From NCBI GenBank assembly GCA_020024645.1, contig JAHHTN010000002.1:1008-65007 (forward strand): a DNA stretch of 64,000 nt, in the 5' to 3' direction. The first letter of the stretch is position 1. Every line of letters starts with the position of its first letter. The position numbers were made by a program, and so were the translations under genes. The notes under the pieces are model-generated. The model ran no database searches. It saw only the letters and a list, made by a program, of their open reading frames with translations, and was not told where the DNA came from. The DNA is from Faecalimonas sp. GTDB taxonomy: Bacteria; Bacillota; Clostridia; Lachnospirales; Lachnospiraceae. This document shows positions 49,875 through 59,602 of this stretch, in pieces.

Positions 49875-52196
49875 ATGAATGAAGAGATAAGAAGATTGCC
49901 TATGGTAGCGCTTAGAGGAATGACAATTATGCCAAAAGAAGTTGTCCATTTTGATGTGAGTAGAGAAATCTCACTAGAAGCTATTCAAAAAGCAATGTCA
50001 GAAGAACAGCAGATTTTTCTGTTGACACAAAAATGCATTGAAGCGGAAAACATAACACAAGATGATTTGTATGAAATGGGAGTTATTGCTTCCATCAAAC
50101 AAATCGTAAAAATGCCCAAAAAGATTTTGCGCGTACTTGTAGAAGGAGAAAGACGAGCGAAACTCAATGAACTTGTGCAAACAGAACCATATTTAGAGGC
50201 GGATATCACTGTGTTGGAAGAATATCCGTATGTAGAAGAAGAACCTATTAGACAAGAAGCTATGTGTAGAACATTGCAGGAATTGTTTTTACAGTATGCA
50301 GTAAAAAATGCAAAGTTGACAAAAGAAATTGTAGAACAAATTGCTAAAATTGACGATTTAAAAAGGCTTATAGATGAAGTGTGTGCCAATGTACCATTTC
50401 GGTATGAAGAGACTCAAGAACTTCTTGAAGAGACTGATCCAATAAAATGTTATTCTCTTTTAACAGAAAAATTGGAAAAAGAAATACGAGTGTTTCAAAT
50501 CAAAGAGCAATTAGAAGAAAAAGTAAAGGCGAGAATAGATAAACATCAAAAAGAGTATTTGCTTCGGGAAGAATTAAAAGTAATTCAAGAAGAGTTAGGA
50601 GATGATTCTACAATTTCAGATGCGGATGAGTTTGCGAAGGCGGTAAAGAAATTAAATGCCTCTGAAGAAGTAAAAGAAAAACTTCGTAAGGAAATAAGAA
50701 GATTCCGTAATACAGCAAATGGTCCAGCAGAAAATGCAGTGACAAGAACATATATTGAAACGATGTTGGAAATGCCATGGAATAAAACGGGTGAGGACAA
50801 TTTAGATATTCATTATGCAAAAGAAATTTTAGAAGAAGAACATTACGGATTAGAGCAAGTAAAAGAAAGAATATTGGAATTTTTGGCTGTCCGTGCCTTG
50901 ACATCGAAGGGAACTAGTCCTATTTTGTGCCTTGTTGGACCTCCAGGAACAGGAAAGACATCTATTGCCAGGTCATTGGCAAAAGCTTTACATAAAAAAT
51001 ATGTTCGCATTTCTCTTGGAGGAGTAAGAGATGAAGCAGAAATTCGTGGACATCGTAAAACTTATGTGGGGGCAATGCCAGGGCGTATTGCAAATGGGTT
51101 AAAAATGGCTGGCGTTAGAAATCCACTTATGTTGTTAGATGAGATTGATAAAGTCAGTACAGATTACAAGGGAGATACGTTTTCAGCATTACTAGAAGTG
51201 TTAGATAGTGAACAAAATGTAAAATTTAGAGATCATTATTTAGAAGTTCCGTTAGATTTATCTGAAGTACTATTTGTAACAACGGCAAATTCTTTGCAAA
51301 CTATCCCAAGACCTTTGTTAGATAGAATGGAGATTATTGAGGTAACTAGTTATACAGATAATGAAAAATTTCATATCGCAGAGAAACATCTTATTCCAAA
51401 ACAATTAAAAAAACACGGATTAGAAAAAGATATGCTTACAATAAGCAAAGGAGCAATTTGGAAAATTTCCAATAATTATACAAGAGAAGCTGGTGTTCGC
51501 CAATTGGAAAGGCGAATTGGTGATATTTGTAGAAAAGCTGCAAGAGAAATATTGGAAAAGAATAAGAGAAAAATTAGAGTGACTGAGAGTAATTTGGAAA
51601 AATATCTTGGAAAAGAAAAGTATACCTATCAGAAAGTGAATGAAAAAGATGAGGTAGGAATTGTTCGCGGATTAGCATGGACAAGCGTGGGTGGAGATAC
51701 ACTTCAAATAGAAGTGAATGCAATGCTTGGAAAAGGAGAATTGCTGCTGACAGGACAAATGGGTGATGTGATGAAGGAATCTGCAAAGACAGGTATTAGT
51801 TATATAAGGTCTATTGCGGAAGAATTTAACATTCCAAAAGAATATTTTGAAGAACATGACATTCATATTCATATACCAGAGGGAGCTGTACCAAAAGATG
51901 GTCCATCGGCAGGAATATCTATGGCAACTGCTAATTTTTCGGCGATTACAAATAAAAAAGTTCGGGCAGATGTGGCGATGACAGGTGAAATTACATTGCG
52001 TGGTCGCGTACTTGCAATTGGCGGACTAAAAGAAAAATTACTTGCGGCAAAAGTTGCAGGGATTAAAACGGTGATTATTCCTTTTGAAAACAAAAAAGAT
52101 GTAGAAGAACTTTCTTCTGAAATTACAAAAGGATTAGAAATTATTCCAGTAAATCATATGAGAGAAGTTTTAGAAATTGCACTTGTAAAGGAATAG
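49875..52196 (+). CDS. lon: Lon protease
   Basis: GPPGTGKT, LLDEIDK, KDGPSAG catalytic Ser, IGGLKEK catalytic Lys. Confidence 0.97.
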   Translation: MNEEIRRLPMVALRGMTIMPKEVVHFDVSREISLEAIQKAMSEEQQIFLLTQKCIEAENITQDDLYEMGVIASIKQIVKMPKKILRVLVEGERRAKLNELVQTEPYLEADITVLEEYPYVEEEPIRQEAMCRTLQELFLQYAVKNAKLTKEIVEQIAKIDDLKRLIDEVCANVPFRYEETQELLEETDPIKCYSLLTEKLEKEIRVFQIKEQLEEKVKARIDKHQKEYLLREELKVIQEELGDDSTISDADEFAKAVKKLNASEEVKEKLRKEIRRFRNTANGPAENAVTRTYIETMLEMPWNKTGEDNLDIHYAKEILEEEHYGLEQVKERILEFLAVRALTSKGTSPILCLVGPPGTGKTSIARSLAKALHKKYVRISLGGVRDEAEIRGHRKTYVGAMPGRIANGLKMAGVRNPLMLLDEIDKVSTDYKGDTFSALLEVLDSEQNVKFRDHYLEVPLDLSEVLFVTTANSLQTIPRPLLDRMEIIEVTSYTDNEKFHIAEKHLIPKQLKKHGLEKDMLTISKGAIWKISNNYTREAGVRQLERRIGDICRKAAREILEKNKRKIRVTESNLEKYLGKEKYTYQKVNEKDEVGIVRGLAWTSVGGDTLQIEVNAMLGKGELLLTGQMGDVMKESAKTGISYIRSIAEEFNIPKEYFEEHDIHIHIPEGAVPKDGPSAGISMATANFSAITNKKVRADVAMTGEITLRGRVLAIGGLKEKLLAAKVAGIKTVIIPFENKKDVEELSSEITKGLEIIPVNHMREVLEIALVKE

Positions 52197-52204
52197 GAGG
52201 GCAT

Positions 52205-52810
52205 ATGGTAATTAAAAATGTAGAATTAGAAATTGTGTGCGGGATTACAAGCAAACTTCCAGAGACAGAGTTAATGGAAATTGCATTTGCAGGAAAATCA
52301 AATGTAGGCAAGTCTTCTTTGATTAATGCCTTGTTAAACAGAAAATCTTTGGCAAGAACATCGGCTACACCAGGAAAAACACAGACAATTAATTTTTATA
52401 ATGTAAATAAAGAATTATATTTAGTGGATCTTCCGGGATATGGGTATGCAAAAGTATCTCCGAAAGAAAAAGAGCAGTGGGGAAAATTGATAGAGAGATA
52501 TTTGAATACATCTAAGAAACTAAAAGCAGTTTTTCTTTTAATTGATATCCGACATGAACCAACTGCTAACGATAAAATGATGTATGATTGGATTGTATAT
52601 CATGGATATAATCCGATTATTATTGCGACTAAATTAGATAAATTAAAACGAAGTCAAATTCAAAAACATATAAAAATGGTAAAACAGGGATTAGATTTAA
52701 TTCCAGGTACAAAAGTAATTCCATTTTCATCTGTAACAAAACAAGGAAGAGAAGAAATTTGGGATTTAGTGAAGACGATGGAAGATGAAGAAGATGACAG
52801 AGCAGAATAG
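52205..52810 (+). CDS. engB: Ribosome biogenesis GTPase EngB/YsxC
   Basis: GKSNVGKSS, TPGKT, DLPGYG, TKLD. Confidence 0.95.
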   Translation: MVIKNVELEIVCGITSKLPETELMEIAFAGKSNVGKSSLINALLNRKSLARTSATPGKTQTINFYNVNKELYLVDLPGYGYAKVSPKEKEQWGKLIERYLNTSKKLKAVFLLIDIRHEPTANDKMMYDWIVYHGYNPIIIATKLDKLKRSQIQKHIKMVKQGLDLIPGTKVIPFSSVTKQGREEIWDLVKTMEDEEDDRAE

Positions 52811-53465
52811 AAAATATTTAGAAGAAAGGCTCACTTTTTGGAATCAGATTACAAAAGAAGAGCAGGAAATATTGATACAAAATACTGCTGTAGTAAAATA
52901 CACCCAAGGGCAAAATATTTACGATGCTCAGCAAGAGTGTATAGGGGTATTGCTTATTAAAAGCGGAGAGTTGAGAACGTATATTCTTTCTGAAGAGGGA
53001 AAAGAAGTGACGTTGTATCGTTTGAGCGATGATGATGTGTGTATTTTATCAGCTTCTTGTATTTTGAAAAATATTACATTCGATGTTCATGTAGATGCAG
53101 AAAAGGATACTGAAATACTATTAATTAACTCATCAGTATTTTCAGCATTAAGTCAGAAAAATATTTATGTAGAGGCGTTTAGTCTTCGATTGACCGCAGA
53201 TCGATTTTCTGATGTTATGTGGGCTATGGAACAGATTTTGTTTATGAGTTTCGATAGAAGGTTGGCAATTTTTTTACTTGACGAAATGGCAAAAATGGGA
53301 ATGGATACGCTTCCGTTTACCCATGAACAAATTGCAAAGTATGTGGGAAGTGCAAGAGAAGTTGTATCAAGAATGTTGAAATACTTCGCTAAGGAAGGTA
53401 TGGTTGAACTTTCACGAGGAAGTATAAAGATTATAGATAGACAAAAGTTGAAAAAATTATTATAA
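52785..53465 (+). CDS. Crp/Fnr family transcriptional regulator
   Basis: cNMP-like beta domain; C-terminal HTH THEQIAKYVGSAREVVSRML. Start uncertain (52785 or 52794). Confidence 0.9.
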   Translation: MKKMTEQNRKYLEERLTFWNQITKEEQEILIQNTAVVKYTQGQNIYDAQQECIGVLLIKSGELRTYILSEEGKEVTLYRLSDDDVCILSASCILKNITFDVHVDAEKDTEILLINSSVFSALSQKNIYVEAFSLRLTADRFSDVMWAMEQILFMSFDRRLAIFLLDEMAKMGMDTLPFTHEQIAKYVGSAREVVSRMLKYFAKEGMVELSRGSIKIIDRQKLKKLL

Positions 53466-53468
53466 AAT

Positions 53469-53505
53469 AAGAAGCAAGGTGTACAATATATGCACCTTGC
53501 TTCTT
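53469..53505. terminator. Bidirectional terminator between crp-like gene and trxA
   Basis: AAGAAGCAAGGTGTA / TGCACCTTGCTTCTT. Confidence 0.85.
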
Positions 53506-53509
53506 CTCT

Positions 53510-53818
53510 TTACCCAATTAATTCTAAAATTTCTTCTTTTGACTTAGCGCCAACTTCACGTTTTGCAACCGCTCCATTTTTCACAACTATAAGAGTTGGA
53601 ATACTTAATACGCGGAATTTTTTTGCTAATTCAGGTTGCTCATCAACATTTATTTTGCAAATTTTTGTGTCAGTTACTTCTTCTGCAAGTTCTTTAATAA
53701 TTGGAAGTACCATTTGGCATGGTCCACACCATGGTGCCCAAAAATCAATTAATACAGGTTTGTCTGACTGCATAACTTCTGTTTCAAAATTATCTATTGT
53801 GATATTTAATGCTTCCAT
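53510..53818 (-). CDS. trxA: Thioredoxin
   Basis: DFWAPWCGPC, SIPTL; ATG 53818 after AAGGAG. Confidence 0.95.
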   Translation of the reverse strand: MEALNITIDNFETEVMQSDKPVLIDFWAPWCGPCQMVLPIIKELAEEVTDTKICKINVDEQPELAKKFRVLSIPTLIVVKNGAVAKREVGAKSKEEILELIG

Positions 53819-53883
53819 AATCAAATCTCCTTTTCGTTTGTTTGGTTGATAGTGTTATTATAGTTGGTATACCCTGTTTTATC

Positions 53884-53898
53884 TGTGACTATGTCACA
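53884..53898. promoter_or_regulatory. Palindromic Crp/Fnr-like site upstream of trxA
   Basis: TGTGAC-TAT-GTCACA; centre at about -41 relative to the trxA -10 TATAAT (53862-53857, minus strand). Confidence 0.7.
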
Positions 53899-53964
53899 AA
53901 AAATGAAAACTTTTCAAAAGGTGTTGTTTTTGATAGAATAAAAGATAGAAATGGAGGAATGAAT

Positions 53965-55314
53965 ATGGAAATAACTACGTCAAAGAATTTGATGACAGAA
54001 GGGTCAATATGGAAAAAGATTACATTTTTTGCCATGCCGATTTTTTTAGGAAATCTGTTTCAACAAATGTATAATACAGCCGATTCGCTGATTGTTGGGA
54101 ATTTTCTGGGGAGTAATGCATTGGCGGCAGTTAGTTCTTCTGGAAATCTTATTTTTTTGATGATTGGATTTTTCAGTGGGATTTCTATTGGTGCCGGAGT
54201 TGTTATTGCAAGATATTTTGGAGCACGAAATAAAGAAAAAGTAGAGAGAGCAGTACATACAACAGTTGCGTTTGGCTTGGTTGCAAGCGTGATTTTAACA
54301 ATTTTAGGTGTATTTTTTGCTCCGCAAATCTTAATTTGGATGGATACGCCGAAAAATGTATTACCTGAGTCAATTGCCTATTTTCGAATTTATTTTATGG
54401 GTTCTCTTGGATTTGTTATGTATAATATTTTTGTGGGAATTTTACAGTCTGTAGGGGATAGTAAACATCCATTATATTATTTGATTATTTCCTCGATTAT
54501 AAATATTGTACTAGATCTTGTATTTATTGCAGGATTTCATTATGGAGTAGGAGCAGCAGCTTTGGCAACAACAATTTCTCAATTTGTGAGTGCATTTTTG
54601 TGTATGGGGCAGTTGATGCGAACAAAAGAAGAATATCGCTTGTGTTTGAGAAAAATTCGGTTCGATAGAGAAATGTTGGGACAAATCATTCGCATCGGTT
54701 TACCATCGGGTATTCAGAATTCTATTATTGCCATTGCAAATGTTGTTGTGCAATCTAACATCAACGCTTTTGGAGAAACAGCAATGGCAGGATGTGGTGC
54801 ATATTCTAAAATAGAAGGTTTTGGTTTTTTACCAATTACAAGTTTTACCATGGCATTAACGACTTTTGTAGGACAGAATTTAGGAGCAAAGCAAGAGGAG
54901 AGAACGAAAAAAGGAGCAAAATTTGGAATTTTAACAACGGTTGTTCTTGCAGAACTCATTGGAGTATTGATATTTATTTTTGCATCTCCACTTACAAGGG
55001 CATTTGATAGTAATCCTGAAGTAATAATGTATGGTGTTGCGAGAGCAAGAACAGCAGCGTTATTCTTTTGTTTGCTAGCATATTCCCATGCAATTTCAGC
55101 GGTACTTAGAGGTGCAGGAAAATCTATGGTTCCGATGATTGTTATGCTCATATGTTGGTGTGTTATCCGAGTGACAATCTTAGTTGTTTTTGGTAAATTA
55201 GTAGGTAAAATTGACATTATATATTGGGTATATCCAATCACATGGGGGTTAAGTTCAATTATCTTTTTCATTTATTATAAAAAAGCGAATTGGATGAATG
55301 CGTTTGATATGTAA
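53965..55314 (+). CDS. MATE family efflux transporter
   Basis: FQQMYNTADSLIVG, GDSKHP, NIVLD, IGLPSGIQ, GQNLGA; about 12 TMs. Confidence 0.93.
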   Translation: MEITTSKNLMTEGSIWKKITFFAMPIFLGNLFQQMYNTADSLIVGNFLGSNALAAVSSSGNLIFLMIGFFSGISIGAGVVIARYFGARNKEKVERAVHTTVAFGLVASVILTILGVFFAPQILIWMDTPKNVLPESIAYFRIYFMGSLGFVMYNIFVGILQSVGDSKHPLYYLIISSIINIVLDLVFIAGFHYGVGAAALATTISQFVSAFLCMGQLMRTKEEYRLCLRKIRFDREMLGQIIRIGLPSGIQNSIIAIANVVVQSNINAFGETAMAGCGAYSKIEGFGFLPITSFTMALTTFVGQNLGAKQEERTKKGAKFGILTTVVLAELIGVLIFIFASPLTRAFDSNPEVIMYGVARARTAALFFCLLAYSHAISAVLRGAGKSMVPMIVMLICWCVIRVTILVVFGKLVGKIDIIYWVYPITWGLSSIIFFIYYKKANWMNAFDM

Positions 55315-55387
55315 GAAGGAAGAGAACAGAGTAGTGAGCATAAATCTATTGACAAGCGATAGTTAACATGGAAATTATATATGTAAA

Positions 55388-55433
55388 AATAATGGCAATA
55401 GATGCTCCTTCTCTATTGCCATTATTCTTTTTT
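55388..55433. terminator. Bidirectional terminator
   Basis: AATAATGGCAATAG / CTATTGCCATTATT perfect arms with A and T runs outside. Confidence 0.8.
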
Positions 55434-55438
55434 ATGCA

Positions 55439-56527
55439 TTACCTCGGTTTATTAAATTTCAGCAACTGATTAATTAAAGCCTTTATTTCATCATCATTTA
55501 CTGTTACATCGACAAAAATAACAATATTGTAGTAATCTTTATTTCTAAAATTTTTTAATCCACCAAGTTCGTTACAAATATAACAATCATTAAAAGAAAT
55601 CTCGTCAGCTATTGTTCTATTATGGTCAATTCCAAATTTCAATATATCTATTGCTCTATGTTTATACTTATCCAAGTGTTTCAACGCATATCGTAAACAG
55701 TTATTGATTATCGGATTGATAGAAAGATATGTAATAGAATCAACCCCTGTTTCTTTTCTGTCAATATTTCCCAAATTAAGTTCATAAGATTTTATTTCAA
55801 ATGTTGAATGAAACAGGTCATCATTATCTAGTAATATTTCAAAATATTCATCTTGACAAAATATACATGTTTCTGTAGCATAGTGGCCATTTGTAAAAAA
55901 CATATTGTAGGAATCATAAATATCGTTGAATAGTTCTACATCATTCATACTTGCAACAAGACGAGCAAATGCAATAGGGTTTGCAAAAGGGATCCGTATC
56001 ATATCGTTATTTTTCTGAATTGAAAATAGGTTATGATACCATTTCAGTTTTATTCCATATTCCTCATGAAGATATCTCACACCACTAACTGAACGATATT
56101 CAACTATATAATCAAGGAAAGTTTTACCAAATTCATCTGTTTGAGTAAGGATAGAGCTCCCATCATTTGCAAGCAACAAATCGAATTCATCTTTATATAA
56201 TTTCGGTTCATCTAAATAAGCATAATATCTGAATCCTTTATTGAATGGTACATTTTGCTTTTCAACAGGTAATTTGTATGCATCTTCATATAGCAACCGA
56301 GCCAATGAAATACCAAATATTTTTTCCAGAGGGATAATAAAGTCATATTTAAGTGGTCGTTTACCTTTTAGCATTTTTGAAAAGTTGGATTTTTCTTTAT
56401 CGACAAATGCATATGCTTTTTGACCTTTAATGCCTAATTCATGAGCAATATCAATGAGTAAATGGCTATATGTCCTAATTCCTTTTAATTTCATATAATG
56501 GTCTATATTGATCTTTAAGTTTTCCAT
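55439..56527 (-). CDS. Uncharacterised protein: N-terminal XRE-like HTH plus ~280-aa unknown domain
   Basis: KSNFSKMLKGKRPLKYDFIIPLEKIFGISLARLL fits XRE helices 3-5; RBS GGAGGT; DEFGKTFLDYIV resembles an ankyrin-type motif. Confidence 0.7.
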   Translation of the reverse strand: MENLKINIDHYMKLKGIRTYSHLLIDIAHELGIKGQKAYAFVDKEKSNFSKMLKGKRPLKYDFIIPLEKIFGISLARLLYEDAYKLPVEKQNVPFNKGFRYYAYLDEPKLYKDEFDLLLANDGSSILTQTDEFGKTFLDYIVEYRSVSGVRYLHEEYGIKLKWYHNLFSIQKNNDMIRIPFANPIAFARLVASMNDVELFNDIYDSYNMFFTNGHYATETCIFCQDEYFEILLDNDDLFHSTFEIKSYELNLGNIDRKETGVDSITYLSINPIINNCLRYALKHLDKYKHRAIDILKFGIDHNRTIADEISFNDCYICNELGGLKNFRNKDYYNIVIFVDVTVNDDEIKALINQLLKFNKPR

Positions 56528-56723
56528 ATTTGAACCTCCGAATTTATTGAAGTTATTGTATCACGAGTTTCACCGCTTTTGTAGTTATTTACAACAACTT
56601 TTGTGGTCTGTTTTTCCATTTAATAAAATTTCATGTAAAAAGCACATAGTCAAAATTGACAACTAATTTGTCATAGTACTTAAAATGGAAAGGGGTTCAA
56701 TGTTACTCTTTTTTATTTTTAAC

Positions 56724-58073
56724 TTAAGTCGAAAGTAATTTTTTCCGTTGATATAAATAGTATGGGAAGAGAAGTAACAATGTGGCTGCCCATGCCATAG
56801 GATAACTAAACAGAAGGGTAGAAACTTCGTTTCTCAAAGGAGTAACAAATACAACCCAAGGAATGCGGACAAAGCAAACTCCACCGAGTGTAATTAAAGT
56901 TGGAATAAATACATCTCCTATACCTCGAAGTGCGCCTGAATAAATTTCTACAAATACATAAATGATATAACTTGGTGTAATCAATTTTAACATATATACA
57001 CCAAGGTCAATTACATCGGCATCTGTAGTAAAAATATGATATAGAGGCCGACAAGCAATCATAAGAAAAGCAATTAATACTGAAGATACACTTAATGCCA
57101 TTATAAGACTCACACGTATACTCTTCTTTACACGTTTGTAACATTTCGCTCCGTAATTTTGTCCAGAAAAAGTTGTGATAGCGATTCCAAATGAACCACA
57201 GATTGTCCAAAAAATTGCATCGAGTTTTCCGTAAGCCGCCCATGCGGCAGCAGTATCCGTTCCGAAATTATTTACGGAAGCCTGAATAATGATATTTGTT
57301 AAACTATACATACAAGATTGCAAACCGCTTGGAAGCCCGATTTTAAATTCTGCCTTTAACATTGAAAAATCAATACGTATTTCTTTTAAATTTAGTTTTA
57401 AAATATCATAAGAAGTCATCAAGGCGTATGTAACTAAAAGAGCACTGACTGCCTGTGCAATCAGTGTGGCAATGGCAGCACCAGCAATACCCATATGGAA
57501 ATAAACAACAAATAAAATATCCAATCCAATATTGATAAAACAACAGATAATTAAATAATATAGCGGGCGTTTAGAATCACCAATTGCACGTAGAATACTA
57601 GAGCCCATGTTGTAAATGAGCATAAAAATAAGCCCAGCAAAATAAATTCTAAGATAAAGAACAGAATCTGCAAACACATCAATTGGTGTTTTCGTAATAC
57701 GTAATAGCCATGGGGTAAGAATGAACCCGACTATAGAAGTAATAATTCCAAATAAAATCGAGAATGCATAGGCAGTATGCAGACCTTTTTGCATATTTTC
57801 ACGGTCATTTGCTCCACAGAATTGTGAAATAATTACACTTGCTCCAGCAGAAAGTCCAGTGAAAAATCCGATGACAAAGTTAGCAAGAACAGCAGAAGAT
57901 CCACCTACACTAGCAAGAGCTTCTTTCCCGACAAAGCGACCAACAATAATTGCATCTACAGTATTATATAATTGTTGAAATAATGTTCCGACAACTATTG
58001 GAAAGAAAAAAATTAATAATTGTTTCCAGATAACACCTTCCGTAATGGGATTTGTTATCTTATTTTTTTGCAT
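56724..58073 (-). CDS. MATE family efflux transporter
   Basis: FQQLYNTVDAIIVG, GDSKRP, NIGLD, IGLPSGLQ, GQNYGA. Confidence 0.93.
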   Translation of the reverse strand: MQKNKITNPITEGVIWKQLLIFFFPIVVGTLFQQLYNTVDAIIVGRFVGKEALASVGGSSAVLANFVIGFFTGLSAGASVIISQFCGANDRENMQKGLHTAYAFSILFGIITSIVGFILTPWLLRITKTPIDVFADSVLYLRIYFAGLIFMLIYNMGSSILRAIGDSKRPLYYLIICCFINIGLDILFVVYFHMGIAGAAIATLIAQAVSALLVTYALMTSYDILKLNLKEIRIDFSMLKAEFKIGLPSGLQSCMYSLTNIIIQASVNNFGTDTAAAWAAYGKLDAIFWTICGSFGIAITTFSGQNYGAKCYKRVKKSIRVSLIMALSVSSVLIAFLMIACRPLYHIFTTDADVIDLGVYMLKLITPSYIIYVFVEIYSGALRGIGDVFIPTLITLGGVCFVRIPWVVFVTPLRNEVSTLLFSYPMAWAATLLLLFPYYLYQRKKLLST

Positions 58074-58139
58074 AAAATCCCTCCTTTTAAAAATCTCATT
58101 CCAATAGGCATCATATCATAGAATTTGTCGAAAAATCAA

Positions 58140-58168
58140 TTACATTTATTGGCTCATTTTGGTATAAT
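58140..58168 (+). promoter_or_regulatory. sigA promoter for jet operon
   Basis: TTACAT, 17 nt, TATAAT, with extended TG; TGTCGAA at 58126-58132 just upstream. Confidence 0.6.
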
Positions 58169-58204
58169 AAAAGATAGTTATATCAAAAGAAAAGAGGTAG
58201 GCGA

Positions 58205-59602
58205 GTGAATTTAATAGATAAAATCCCACCAGAATTTTATAAACTTTTTTCAAGTAAATACAGAATATATTATCAAAAATTTCTGTTGGCGATTTATGGA
58301 GAAACAAGCAAATCATATTCGCTTCTAGGGTTGACAGAAGAAGAGTGTAAAAATATTATGAATGAAAATATAGCAGACATGGTGCTAGAGTGGAGCGAAG
58401 AGCAGGTTGATGAAGAAGGGGAATTTCTAACAAGAGCAAACATGGCATCAGTTTGTTTGAAAAATTTGGAAAACTGGGGATGGCTTCGACAAGATTATGA
58501 TGAGACTTTGAATAGATATGTGGTATCTTTTCCGGAATATAGTAGATTGTATGTAGAATTATTTGAGAAATTGTTTAGCGAAGAAGGAAATCGAGAAAGA
58601 GAAAGTGTACTTGCTGTATATAGTTATTTATATACATATAGTTCAGATCAAGAGAAAAATAATGACATTTTAAAAAGTGCGTGGAACACCTCTCGTACTC
58701 TGGTACAGATGCTTGCTAATATGCAAGAGGGGATGAGAGGATATTTTGATGAATTATCTAAGCAAAAAAGTTTTATCGGTATTCAAGAAGTTCTTGTGAA
58801 AGAATTGAATAATAGCGATAGCAAGAAATATGCGATTTTAACAACAACAGATAGTTTTTATCGCTATAAAGAGGCGGTAAAAGAACTGATTGAGAAAAAT
58901 TTGTGGGAAAATGAAATGCGAAAGCAATCTTTTATGGGAAAAAGAAAACAATTGGAAAAAGATAGTCCTCAGTATGTGCGAAATGAAAGAGGAATCGTAT
59001 TATGCGAAGAGGCGATGGATATTATTTATGGAATTGAGCGTGAATTTGATACAATTGAAAGAAGATATAATAAATTGATTGAGCAGAAGACAATTTTTGC
59101 CAACCGTGCTGCAGCAAGAATCCGTTATCTTTTCATGGAAGGAAGACCTGAAGAAGACGGAACAGTTCAATTTGTAAATCTATTAAATCAAAGTAATAAG
59201 CAGGAAGAAATTTTAGGAAAATTAGCTGAGAGTATGCATTTAACAGAACGATACAAAGAAGTAACAGATCGAAGTATGTATCAGCAAAAAAATACAGAAA
59301 AAGAAAAATTTGATCCGATCATCATAAAGGAAGAGACTCTTTTTGATGAAGAGATGGAAGAATTTATTTTAAAACCTCTCTATACACAGAAAGAAATTCG
59401 AGATTTTCGTAGGAAAAATGAAAAAGATGGGGAATTTAAAGTAACGGAAAGTACAGTGCAATCAATTGAAGATTTAGAAAAATTATTCTTTGTATGGCAG
59501 GATGCAACTGAGCGAGCAGAGAGCGACCTACTTGTAGAAATAGAAAAAGAAATACAGACAAAAGGTTTTCAATTTTCAAAACTTAGAATAAAGGAGAAAT
59601 AA
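58205..59602 (+). CDS. jetA: Wadjet JetA (kleisin-like, DUF5716-like)
   Basis: N-terminal winged helix with LENWGWL, long helical body, first gene before KITE and SMC genes; GTG start after AGAGGT. Confidence 0.75.
   Translation: MNLIDKIPPEFYKLFSSKYRIYYQKFLLAIYGETSKSYSLLGLTEEECKNIMNENIADMVLEWSEEQVDEEGEFLTRANMASVCLKNLENWGWLRQDYDETLNRYVVSFPEYSRLYVELFEKLFSEEGNRERESVLAVYSYLYTYSSDQEKNNDILKSAWNTSRTLVQMLANMQEGMRGYFDELSKQKSFIGIQEVLVKELNNSDSKKYAILTTTDSFYRYKEAVKELIEKNLWENEMRKQSFMGKRKQLEKDSPQYVRNERGIVLCEEAMDIIYGIEREFDTIERRYNKLIEQKTIFANRAAARIRYLFMEGRPEEDGTVQFVNLLNQSNKQEEILGKLAESMHLTERYKEVTDRSMYQQKNTEKEKFDPIIIKEETLFDEEMEEFILKPLYTQKEIRDFRRKNEKDGEFKVTESTVQSIEDLEKLFFVWQDATERAESDLLVEIEKEIQTKGFQFSKLRIKEK

Noticed and set aside
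55349-55380. TTGACA after the first MATE gene as an antisense promoter
   Set aside because: No acceptable -10 at 16-18 nt spacing, and a strong terminator follows immediately.
53965-58073. Two inverted MATE genes as arms of an invertible segment around the XRE gene
   Set aside because: The proteins are clearly diverged paralogs; I found no long identical DNA stretch and no recombinase nearby.
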